Below, in pieces: positions 8,737 through 16,616 of a stretch of DNA of 32,680 bases. A program made the position numbers and the translations under genes. The first letter of the stretch is position 1; each line of letters begins with the position of its first letter. The notes beneath the pieces are model-generated. The model did no database searches, was not told where the DNA came from, and saw only the letters and a program-made list of their open reading frames with translations. The stretch spans positions 1 to 32,680 of the forward strand of contig DATCJB010000009.1 in NCBI GenBank assembly GCA_036507455.1. The letters are read 5' to 3'. This stretch comes from Patescibacteria group bacterium. Its GTDB lineage: Bacteria > Patescibacteriota > Microgenomatia > Curtissbacterales > DATCJB01.

Positions 8737-9738
8737 ATGATTGTAATATTTAACGCCGGCAGTTCATCTTTTAAGTGGAAATTATTTGACTCTAAACTTA
8801 ACGAGTTGGAGTCGTCAGAAGAAGAAACTATTTTTCCAAGACTGGAAAAGATGAATGTAGACTTTGTCGGACACAGATATGTGCACGGCGGAAGTTTGAG
8901 AAAAAGTCAAAAAGTTGACCGCAATACAATTTTTGAACTTGAAAGTGTTATAAATTTAGCTCCTCTTCACAATAAAAAAGCTTTGGAAGTCTTAAGAAAG
9001 TCTTTAAGATCAAACCCTCAAATTCCAAATTACGTAGTTTTTGACAGTGAATTTTTTTTGAATCTGCCCGACTTTGCCAAAATTTACGCGATCCCCTACA
9101 AATTTTTTGAAGAAGGAATTTATAAGTACGGTTTCCACGGAATTTCGCACGAATATGCATTTCTTGAAGGGTGCAGGGAACTTGACCTAAATCCGAAAAA
9201 ATCAAAGATAATCACAATTCACCTGGGAGCCGGTTGTTCTATGACTGCAATTTTAAACGGGACTGCGGTTGATACTTCAATGGGTTTTACCCCAAATGAA
9301 GGTTTGGTTATGGCAACCAGAAGCGGGGACATTGACACGGGACTTATTAATATTTTGCATCAAAACTATCATTTATCAATTGTACAAATTGACGATTTAA
9401 TAAACAACAAGTCAGGTTGGAAAGGACTAACCGGTACCGAAGATTTTCTGAAAGTATTAACCAACCTTACAAACGGAGAAAAAGAGGAGAAACAAAGATC
9501 GCTTTTGACTTTGGAAATAATGGCTTACAAAATCAAAAAATATATCGGGTCGTACGCCGCAGTTTTAGGCGGGGTTGATGCAATCATATTTACCGGAGTA
9601 ATAGGCTATTCTAAGGAAGCAAAAACCCTGAGACAAATGTCGTTATCGAATTTGAACTTCCTGGGTCATTTTAAAGTTTTGGAAATTGAACCTAATGAAG
9701 AATTGGCAATTGCAAGGAAAATCATCAACTATTATTAA
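8737..9738 (+). CDS. ackA: acetate kinase (shortened form)
   Basis: 333 aa. Contains IFNAGSSSFKW, GHRYVHGG, APLHN, VFDSEFF, YGFHGISHEY, IHLGAGCSMTA, TRSGDID, FTGVIG and EPNEELAIA, the full ordered set of acetate/propionate kinase motifs. About 65 residues fewer than the ~400 aa typical enzyme. Confidence 0.85.
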   Translation: MIVIFNAGSSSFKWKLFDSKLNELESSEEETIFPRLEKMNVDFVGHRYVHGGSLRKSQKVDRNTIFELESVINLAPLHNKKALEVLRKSLRSNPQIPNYVVFDSEFFLNLPDFAKIYAIPYKFFEEGIYKYGFHGISHEYAFLEGCRELDLNPKKSKIITIHLGAGCSMTAILNGTAVDTSMGFTPNEGLVMATRSGDIDTGLINILHQNYHLSIVQIDDLINNKSGWKGLTGTEDFLKVLTNLTNGEKEEKQRSLLTLEIMAYKIKKYIGSYAAVLGGVDAIIFTGVIGYSKEAKTLRQMSLSNLNFLGHFKVLEIEPNEELAIARKIINYY

Positions 9739-9791
9739 TAGTTGAATTTAACCTTAAAAAATGGTTTATTTATGCTAACTTAGTAAGTTTT

Positions 9792-10475
9792 ATGATTAAA
9801 GAACTATCTGAAGACGTCGAAAAAGCGATAATGCCAAAAGACCCTTTTTCTAATAATAGTTATCCGGATTGGGAATCAGAGAAAAAAATTCTTGAGTCTG
9901 CAAAATCAGGAGATTTGGATGCTCTGGGGAGGATTTATGACATCAATGTCAACCGTGTTTATAACTATTCTCTTTCCAAACTTGCCAATATTCAAAATGC
10001 TGAAGACGTGACCGGAGAAATTTTCATAAAAGTTGTCATGGGTCTGGATAATTACGAATATCGTAAGATTCCGTTTGCAGCATGGTTAATGAAAATTGCC
10101 AGAAATGAAGTTGTTTCTTTCATAAGAAGAAACAACAAGTGGGCTCACGATGGTCAATTGCCGGATGAATTAGTTGATAATAGAAATATAGATCCGTCTG
10201 CGATTGTTGAGCAGTCGATGATGCAAGAAGACTTAAGAACAGCTATAGCAAAACTTCCGGAAGCACAAAGAGAAGTAATTATTCTTCGTTTTGCTTCGGG
10301 ACTTTCAGTTAGTGATACGGCAAAAGCTCTTGGAAAAAGAGAGAATAACACAAAAGTGCTTCAGCACAAAGGTCTGCTGCGTCTTCAGGTTTTAATGAGT
10401 TCTAAATATCCTGAAATTTTGAAAAGTAATAATCGTAACTTCCAATATCAAAAACCGACGGTCAATAATATTTAG
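9792..10475 (+). CDS. RNA polymerase sigma factor, ECF (sigma-70 group 4) type
   Basis: 227 aa. Region 2 is GDLDALGRIYDINVNRVYNYS...AEDVTGEIFIKV...FAAWLMKIARNEVVSFIRR. The region 4 HTH is LPEAQREVIILRFASGLSVSDTAKALGKRENNTKVLQHKGLLRLQ. Confidence 0.85.
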   Translation: MIKELSEDVEKAIMPKDPFSNNSYPDWESEKKILESAKSGDLDALGRIYDINVNRVYNYSLSKLANIQNAEDVTGEIFIKVVMGLDNYEYRKIPFAAWLMKIARNEVVSFIRRNNKWAHDGQLPDELVDNRNIDPSAIVEQSMMQEDLRTAIAKLPEAQREVIILRFASGLSVSDTAKALGKRENNTKVLQHKGLLRLQVLMSSKYPEILKSNNRNFQYQKPTVNNI

Positions 10476-10480
10476 AATAT

Positions 10481-11572
10481 ATGACAAAGGAAAATTTTAT
10501 TCAAAATGGTCAGTTTCCTATCGAAACCAAAGGTGAAAATCTTCCCAAAAAGACCGTTAACGAGTGGATTACGCAAGACTATCAAAATGCGCTTGTGGTA
10601 GCTTCGAATGTTCTCACAAGAATTCAAATGAAAGATTTTGAGAGTTACGTTAAGGGGGCTTTGCTTCAAGGTAAGTCGGCAAAAGAAATCGCTAATGAAT
10701 CCGGAAGGGTATTAACTACTTTCGAAGACGTATTACAAAGAGCAAAAGTTCGATTATCGAATAGGCTCAATTTGGATCTTGGAAACGGAAAAGCCGGTCA
10801 CAGCCTGAAAATGGAATATAGAATAAAATACCGCAAAGAATTAATTGATAAAGCGAAAAACGGTGACAAAGAAGCAGTAATTAAACTTATTAATTCGTTT
10901 CCCGGAACCATAAATAGTTTCACTAACAGGATTGAAAGCGATCAACAGTCTTTGTTTTTGGCTGTAAGTTATCAAAAAGTAAATGAGAATATTGACCAAT
11001 TTGAATACAGAGGAAACAATGAACTTAGACACTGGCTTTTAAAACTTTTCAGTCAAGCAGAGATAAATTACTTTAGAAAAAAACAAATTAGAAAAAAGAT
11101 TTTGGCACGTCAGGAAGATCTTAATTCCGCAGAAAACGGACTGGTTGATTATTTTAACCTTTGGGTTAACAACAACCCGCGAAAACTAAAAAAGATTCTG
11201 TCCGGTATGCCAAAAAAAAGAATGTTAATCTTTCAGGCCGCAAGCGGCGGAATGTCGAACGAAGACGTTGCACGTGTTTTCAAGTTAACCAGTAAAGATT
11301 CTGCCAAAGTGACAATTCACAACATAAAGACAAAAATAATGCACGATGCAGGGGTTACAATTGGAAATGGTGTGATTAAACTCCAGGATGGTAAAGAGTT
11401 TAAACTCTTAAGAGGATTGGCTAAGTCAAAAAATCATTATTTAAATCTAATTGGTATGGCAAAAAAGGGTAAGTTAAAAGAAGCAGTTTTGTTTTTGGGT
11501 AGATACTATGTAGACAAAAAAACGGCAGATTTAATTGATCAAATGCCTTCAAACGAAAAAACAGCGGCTTAA
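10481..11572 (+). CDS. hypothetical multi-HTH protein with divergent sigma-70 region 2/region 4-like segments (paralogue of 11626..12648)
   Basis: 363 aa, starting 5 nt after the ECF sigma gene.
- N-terminal LuxR/r4-like HTH: LLQGKSAKEIANESGRVLTTFEDVLQRAKVRL.
- r2-like block: KAKNGDKEAVIKLINSF...FEYRGNNELRHWLLKLFSQAEINYFRK, which aligns with NYEYRKIPFAAWLMKIARNEVVSFIRR of the upstream sigma.
- r4-like HTH: MPKKRMLIFQAASGGMSNEDVARVFKLTSKDSAKVTIHNIKTKI.
- C-terminal excisionase-like segment: KKGKLKEAVLFLGRYYV.

The function is inferred only. Confidence 0.6.
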   Translation: MTKENFIQNGQFPIETKGENLPKKTVNEWITQDYQNALVVASNVLTRIQMKDFESYVKGALLQGKSAKEIANESGRVLTTFEDVLQRAKVRLSNRLNLDLGNGKAGHSLKMEYRIKYRKELIDKAKNGDKEAVIKLINSFPGTINSFTNRIESDQQSLFLAVSYQKVNENIDQFEYRGNNELRHWLLKLFSQAEINYFRKKQIRKKILARQEDLNSAENGLVDYFNLWVNNNPRKLKKILSGMPKKRMLIFQAASGGMSNEDVARVFKLTSKDSAKVTIHNIKTKIMHDAGVTIGNGVIKLQDGKEFKLLRGLAKSKNHYLNLIGMAKKGKLKEAVLFLGRYYVDKKTADLIDQMPSNEKTAA

Positions 11573-11590
11573 TCGGTTTTGTGTTTTAAC

Positions 11591-11618
11591 TTGAAATAAA
11601 AATTTCATTAGTTATAAT
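11591..11618 (+). promoter_or_regulatory. sigma70-like promoter TTGAAA-16 nt-TATAAT directly upstream of the second sigma-like gene
   Basis: TTGAAA at 11591-11596 and TATAAT at 11613-11618. Only 7 nt separate the -10 box from the ATG at 11626 and there is no SD, which implies a leaderless or near-leaderless mRNA. Confidence 0.45.
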
Positions 11619-11625
11619 TCTTCAT

Positions 11626-12648
11626 ATGACGGTTCTTAAAGAACGTGAAGCGCAAGTCCAAACCGAAATTATCAGACCGCAATCTTTGTCTCATTGGATT
11701 GCCGAGGATCCTCAAAGAGCGATTGATTTTGCAAAAGAAATTTTACCACCTTTTAAAATTCCGACATTTCAACTTTATGTGCTTGGAACGATGGAAAACG
11801 GATTGAATTCGTTTCAAATAGCAAGTGCTTTAGGTAAAAAACAAAGTTCTTACGATGATGAGATTAAAAATTGCCGTTCAAAAATTGCCGATGCTTTAAA
11901 CTTTCCAGTTGTTCTGCTAAGAGAGCCCAGGTTGATAGATTTGTATAAAGAAAAACAGGCAAAAAAAGAATTTTTTAAAGCAAAGAACGGTAATCTTAAT
12001 TCTATGGTCAAAATAGCGATGCTTGGGGAAAAAGAATTAAATAAATTTTCAAGACAACTGCCTGAATCACTTCGAACACAATATCTAATTTTTACAACCT
12101 CTAAAATATTAACAATGTTACCTAGAATTGAATGGCAGGGTTTTGCTCAACTTACATCCTGGCTTAGATCAACTTTTCATTCTTGCTATCTTGATTACCG
12201 TAAGATGTACGACAGGCAACATTTGGGAAAAAACACAACACCGCTTTTTACTCATCCGCCTACTGATCTTCTGGTATTGTGGAGAAACAAACATCCTCAA
12301 AGAGCAAAAGTCATAATTGATTCTATGTCTCCTATGAGAAAAGAAGTTTACAGACTGTCACAAAATAACATACCTCACGAGAGAATTAAAGAAATTTCCG
12401 GAAGTTCTTCGGCTCGTTCGGTTAAAGTTTTAGTTTTAGAAGCAAGAAGAGAATTTACGGCTAAGGCTAAAATAAAAATTCCTTCAAAATATAAAGTACT
12501 GACTGAATTTGCAGATTCATTTCAAGAAGCCGAAAGAATGAGATCTGCAATCAAAGCAGGTAAAATCAAAGGCGTCTTATTATTCAATGGAAAATATCAC
12601 ATAACAAGAAATATTTACGAGTCTCACATTAAATCAAAATCAAATTAA
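11626..12648 (+). CDS. hypothetical multi-HTH sigma-like protein (paralogue of 10481..11572)
   Basis: 340 aa, collinear with the preceding ORF (this ORF / preceding ORF):
- SHWIAEDPQRAIDFAKEIL / NEWITQDYQNALVVASNVL
- FQLYVLGTMENGLNSFQIASALG / FESYVKGALLQGKSAKEIANESG
- KAKNGN / KAKNGD
- IEWQGFAQLTSWLRSTFHSCYLDYRK / FEYRGNNELRHWLLKLFSQAEINYFRK
- LWRNKHPQRAKVIIDSMSPMR / LWVNNNPRKLKKILSGMPKKR
- GKIKGVLLFNGKYHI / GKLKEAVLFLGRYYV. Confidence 0.6.
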   Translation: MTVLKEREAQVQTEIIRPQSLSHWIAEDPQRAIDFAKEILPPFKIPTFQLYVLGTMENGLNSFQIASALGKKQSSYDDEIKNCRSKIADALNFPVVLLREPRLIDLYKEKQAKKEFFKAKNGNLNSMVKIAMLGEKELNKFSRQLPESLRTQYLIFTTSKILTMLPRIEWQGFAQLTSWLRSTFHSCYLDYRKMYDRQHLGKNTTPLFTHPPTDLLVLWRNKHPQRAKVIIDSMSPMRKEVYRLSQNNIPHERIKEISGSSSARSVKVLVLEARREFTAKAKIKIPSKYKVLTEFADSFQEAERMRSAIKAGKIKGVLLFNGKYHITRNIYESHIKSKSN

Positions 12649-13314
12649 AATAACGTATTCCCCCCTTGGCACTGCAACAGAGTATTTTTCCAAAAAACCA
12701 GTGATTTTATCCTTTTTTACTTCTTCGTGAATTTTGGTTAGTTCCGAAGCGATTACTATTTCGATAACACCAAAAACTTTTTGTATTGATTCCAGGGTTT
12801 CGACTAATCTGTGAGGGGCTTCATAAATCACCACCGTTGATTTTATTTTTTTAAGGTTTTCTTCTAAATTTTTAAGTAGTTTTTCTTTTTTACCGCCTTT
12901 TTTGGGCAAATAACCCAAAAAAAGAAACTTATCCGTTGGCAGACCGGAAGAAGTTAGCGCAGTTAGAATCGCCGATGCACCCGGTATTGATTCCACCTTT
13001 AAACCCATTTTTAACACCTCTCTTACCAGTTTAAATCCGGGATCGGAAATTAAAGGCGTACCTGCGTCGCTAACGAGTGCAATGTTTAACCCCGATTTTA
13101 ATTTCCTGATCACTTCAGGGATTCGTTTTTCTTCGTTGTATTCAAAGTATGATAGTTGCGGTTTTTGAATTTCCAGGTGTTTTAGTAGCATACCGGTATG
13201 CCTTGTGTCCTCCGAAAGAATTAGGTCAACTTCCGTTAAGGTTTCGATTGCTCTTAAGCTTATATCCTTTAAATTACCGATGGGTGTTGAGACAATGAAT
13301 AGCTTTCCGGTCAT
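12640..13314 (-). CDS. rsmI: 16S rRNA (cytidine1402-2'-O)-methyltransferase
   Basis: 224 aa. LFIVSTPIGNLKDISLRAIETL...LILSEDTRHTG, SDAGTPLISDPG and IPGASA are tetrapyrrole-methylase-fold RsmI signatures. Its 3' end overlaps the convergent upstream gene by 9 nt. Confidence 0.9.
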   Translation of the reverse strand: MTGKLFIVSTPIGNLKDISLRAIETLTEVDLILSEDTRHTGMLLKHLEIQKPQLSYFEYNEEKRIPEVIRKLKSGLNIALVSDAGTPLISDPGFKLVREVLKMGLKVESIPGASAILTALTSSGLPTDKFLFLGYLPKKGGKKEKLLKNLEENLKKIKSTVVIYEAPHRLVETLESIQKVFGVIEIVIASELTKIHEEVKKDKITGFLEKYSVAVPRGEYVILI

Positions 13315-13405
13315 ATTGATAAGTATATTATCATTTTAGCCAATTTATAGTAACATTGTACTTGTATTAAATTTTTAACTTTTCACTTATAATTTTAAAT
13401 TGAAC

Positions 13406-15181
13406 ATGGATCTGCCCCAGAAGAATTTTAACCCCCCCAAGAAACTTTTTGAATTAAACTGGAAAATTGCCGGTGAAGCCGGATTTGGAATAAAATCCTC
13501 GGGTCTGATGTTTGCCAAAACTATCGTCAGACACGGCTATTTTGTATTCGGTTATGATGAATACCCGTCTTTAATCAGGGGGGGTCATAATACGTATCAA
13601 CTGCACATCAGTGAAATACCGGCATATTCCCAAAAAAAACACGTGTCGCTTCTGGTTTGTCTCAATCGAAAAACTTTCGACCAGCACAAAGAAGAATTGG
13701 CAGAAGGCGCTGTAATACTGTTTGATGATTCACAATTTCAAATAGAAGAATCTGAATTGAAAAATTGGAATGCTAAAGAATTAAAAGTCCCTTTGATTAA
13801 ATTAGCTACCGAAGTAGGCGGAGATAGAATTATGGCAAATACTGTTGCGCTTGGTGCGTCACTTGCGGTATTAGGAGGGGATTTCGATATCCTGTCCCAA
13901 GTAATTACCGAAACATTTAAAGCAAAGGGTGAAGACGTTATTAATCAAAACATAAAAGTCGCAAGGGAGGGGTTTGATTTTGCCTCAAAATTCAATACTC
14001 TTTGGGAAGGTAATAAACTTCAGAAAAAACAACAGCTTAAAAAAATCGTTATAACAGGTAATGAAGCAATAGCTCTTGCCGCAATTGCTTCAGGGTGTAA
14101 ATTCTTTGCTGCGTACCCCATGACTCCGACTTCAAACATACTGCATTATTTAGCTTCGGTTGGTTCAAAGAAGGGGATGGTTGTGAAACACGCTGAAGAT
14201 GAAATTGCCGTAATTAATATGGCAGTCGGGGCATCATTTGCAGGCGCCAGGTCTATGGTTGCGACATCCGGCGGAGGGTTTTCGTTGATGGTTGAAGGAT
14301 ACGGGCTTGCTTCAATGGTTGAAACTCCGGTTGTAATTGTTGAAGGCATGCGACCGGGACCGGCAACCGGACTTCCGACCTGGACGGGCCAGGGTGATCT
14401 ACACTTTGTCCTAAACGCTGCACAGGATGAGTTTCCTAGAGTTGTCGTTGCACCGGGAGATATTTCCGAAGCGTTCACTTTAACCTGCCAGGCTTTTAAT
14501 ATCGCAGAAAAGTACCAAATTCCTGTAATAATTCTTGTTGATAAATTAGTTTGTGAGAGCCATTCAAGTGTTGATGAGTATGACACAAAAGACTTAATTA
14601 TAGAGCGCGGAGAGATTTTGGGGGAGAATCAAATACCGCAGTCTGAAAAATTTCAGCGATACAAAATTACTCAAAACGGAGTCTCTCCCCGAACCATTCC
14701 CGGTGTTAAAGGCGGACAATTCGTTGCCAATTCTGATGAACACGACCAATTCGGATTCTCAACCGAAGATGCAATTGAAAGAAAAGAGATGTTTGACAAA
14801 AGAATGAGAAAAATGATCCCGCTGGAGAAGGAAATTTCAAAACCCCAGATGATAAGACAATTTGAGAATGCTCCATTGACAGTCATTACATTCGGATCAC
14901 TAAAAATGGTGATGATGCAGGCGATTGAATGGTTGGAAAACGAGGGGATTCAAATTAATTATTGTAATCTTAACTGGCTTTCTCCGTTTCCTGTTAATTT
15001 CATTTCGGATTTAATTGCCAGATCTAAAAAAACCCTGATCATAGAAAATAACGCAACTTCCCAGCTTGCAAGTTTGATAAAAAAAGAAACCGGCAAAGGA
15101 ATAAGTGATGTATATTTAAAGTACGACGGACGGCCGTTTTTTCCGGAAGAAATTGTTGACAAGGTAAAAAGTTTAATATGA
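13406..15181 (+). CDS. 2-oxoacid:ferredoxin oxidoreductase, alpha subunit (fused gamma+alpha domains)
   Basis: About 591 aa from the ATG at 13406; an alternative TTG lies at 13400. The N-terminal gamma-like domain has GEAGFGIKSSG...GGHN. The alpha domain has GNEAIALAAIASGCKFFAAYPMTPTS, ATSGGGFSLM and RPGPATGLPT. Substrate specificity (pyruvate or 2-oxoglutarate) cannot be told from the sequence. Confidence 0.85.
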   Translation: MDLPQKNFNPPKKLFELNWKIAGEAGFGIKSSGLMFAKTIVRHGYFVFGYDEYPSLIRGGHNTYQLHISEIPAYSQKKHVSLLVCLNRKTFDQHKEELAEGAVILFDDSQFQIEESELKNWNAKELKVPLIKLATEVGGDRIMANTVALGASLAVLGGDFDILSQVITETFKAKGEDVINQNIKVAREGFDFASKFNTLWEGNKLQKKQQLKKIVITGNEAIALAAIASGCKFFAAYPMTPTSNILHYLASVGSKKGMVVKHAEDEIAVINMAVGASFAGARSMVATSGGGFSLMVEGYGLASMVETPVVIVEGMRPGPATGLPTWTGQGDLHFVLNAAQDEFPRVVVAPGDISEAFTLTCQAFNIAEKYQIPVIILVDKLVCESHSSVDEYDTKDLIIERGEILGENQIPQSEKFQRYKITQNGVSPRTIPGVKGGQFVANSDEHDQFGFSTEDAIERKEMFDKRMRKMIPLEKEISKPQMIRQFENAPLTVITFGSLKMVMMQAIEWLENEGIQINYCNLNWLSPFPVNFISDLIARSKKTLIIENNATSQLASLIKKETGKGISDVYLKYDGRPFFPEEIVDKVKSLI

Positions 15182-16101
15182 ATCCGGCTGATTTTAATAC
15201 AACTAATACTCCGACGTGGTGCCCAGGCTGCGGAGACTTTGGAATGTGGGCATCCTTAAAAGAGGCACTTATTAAGTTAGGCATTACGCCGGACAGTGCT
15301 CTTGTCGTTTATGGAATTGGCTGTCACGGCCATATGATAAACTTTTTGAAAATCTACGGATTTCAAGGACTACACGGCCGTCCGCTACCGGTTGCCGCCG
15401 GTGTTCGTTTGGTAAATCCCGATTTGAATGTATTCGTTGTTTCCGGTGACGGAGATTGTTATGGAGAGGGAATGGGACACTTTATAGCCGCAGCTAGAGC
15501 AAATTATAATTTGACCTTAATTGTTCATAATAACCAGGTTTACGGTTTAACAACAGGCCAAACAGCTCCGACTACTGATCAGGGTACAAAAACAAAATCG
15601 ACTCCTCTGGGGGTAATCGATTTTCCGGTAAATCCCATAGCGCTTGCCATAAATTGTGAGGCAAATTTTGTGGCCCGTGGTTTTGCCGGAGACATACCGC
15701 ACCTTGCCGACTTGATTGTCCAGGCAAACCAGCATCCGGGGTTCTCGCTGGTCGATGTCCTTCAGCCTTGTGTCACTTATGATAAAGTTCATACTTACCC
15801 CTGGTATAGGGAAAGAATATATAAGCTGGAAGATAAAAGCCTGCCTGCTCTAACGAGTCGTATGACCGGCAGGCAGGGTTACGATCCAACCAATTTTGAA
15901 CAGGCAATTTTAAAAGCTTGGGAATGGCCGCCCAAAGCCGGTATTGATACTGCTACCGTCGATCAAATCCCAATAGGTGTTCTATTTAAACAAAACCGTC
16001 CGACTTTCGAATCGCAACTTCCCCAGCTTGATAATGGACCACTGGCTGGTTTAAATCTTACTAAAACATTAATTGATGATTTGATCGAAACCTTTAAATA
16101 A
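15178..16101 (+). CDS. 2-oxoacid:ferredoxin oxidoreductase, beta (TPP-binding) subunit
   Basis: 307 aa, with an ATGA overlap with the alpha subunit. Contains WCPGCGDFG, the SGDGDCYGEG TPP-binding motif, and NNQVYGLTTGQ. Confidence 0.9.
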   Translation: MNPADFNTTNTPTWCPGCGDFGMWASLKEALIKLGITPDSALVVYGIGCHGHMINFLKIYGFQGLHGRPLPVAAGVRLVNPDLNVFVVSGDGDCYGEGMGHFIAAARANYNLTLIVHNNQVYGLTTGQTAPTTDQGTKTKSTPLGVIDFPVNPIALAINCEANFVARGFAGDIPHLADLIVQANQHPGFSLVDVLQPCVTYDKVHTYPWYRERIYKLEDKSLPALTSRMTGRQGYDPTNFEQAILKAWEWPPKAGIDTATVDQIPIGVLFKQNRPTFESQLPQLDNGPLAGLNLTKTLIDDLIETFK

Positions 16102-16102
16102 A

Positions 16103-16606
16103 ATGACGGATGTTTTAATAAATAAGGAATATTTTCGCAGTATTTTATTTGGAATTGAAGACAGTTTAGTATCAACTACGGGTCTTATTGCCGGAATCAG
16201 CGTCGGCTCCTCGGATAACAGGGAATTTGTACTTTTAGCCGGTCTTGTGGCTGTTTCAATTGAAGCTGTATCTATGGGAGCAGGAGAATATTTGAGCGAT
16301 GACGCCGTCAGGGATCTTGATAAATTGAAACGTTATCGGGAAAATCCTTTCTTAAGCGGAACTTTAATGTTAATTTCTTATTTTTTGGCTGGTCTCATAC
16401 CACTTGCTCCAATTGCTTTTACAAATTATCCAGCTTCCCTTTGGTTGTCAGTTTTTCTGGCACTTATCTTTCTTTTTTTGCTGGGGTTTGTAAAAGGAAG
16501 AATTTCCAACACTTCGCCATTTAAAGGTGGACTTAAAATTCTGTTTGTCGGGGGAATTTCTACTTTGTTAGGGTTGGTTGTAGGGAGATTTTTTAGTTTA
16601 ATTTAA
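16103..16606 (+). CDS. VIT1/CCC1-family iron/manganese transporter (short form)
   Basis: 167 aa, starting 1 nt after the preceding stop. GIEDSLVSTTGLIAGISVGS and EAVSMGAGEYLSD are VIT-family motifs, and there are several C-terminal TM helices. Confidence 0.75.
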   Translation: MTDVLINKEYFRSILFGIEDSLVSTTGLIAGISVGSSDNREFVLLAGLVAVSIEAVSMGAGEYLSDDAVRDLDKLKRYRENPFLSGTLMLISYFLAGLIPLAPIAFTNYPASLWLSVFLALIFLFLLGFVKGRISNTSPFKGGLKILFVGGISTLLGLVVGRFFSLI

Positions 16607-16616
16607 CAACTCTTGA

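Noticed and set aside
9755-9768. The 14-mer TAAAAAATGGTTTA is shared by the region upstream of the sigma gene (9755-9768) and the region upstream of secG (28645-28658).
   Set aside because: It is a low-complexity A/T-rich word. Matches of this length are expected by chance in an AT-rich 32-kb window. The distances to the two start codons differ (23 nt against 16 nt to the ATG) and there is no supporting flanking similarity.
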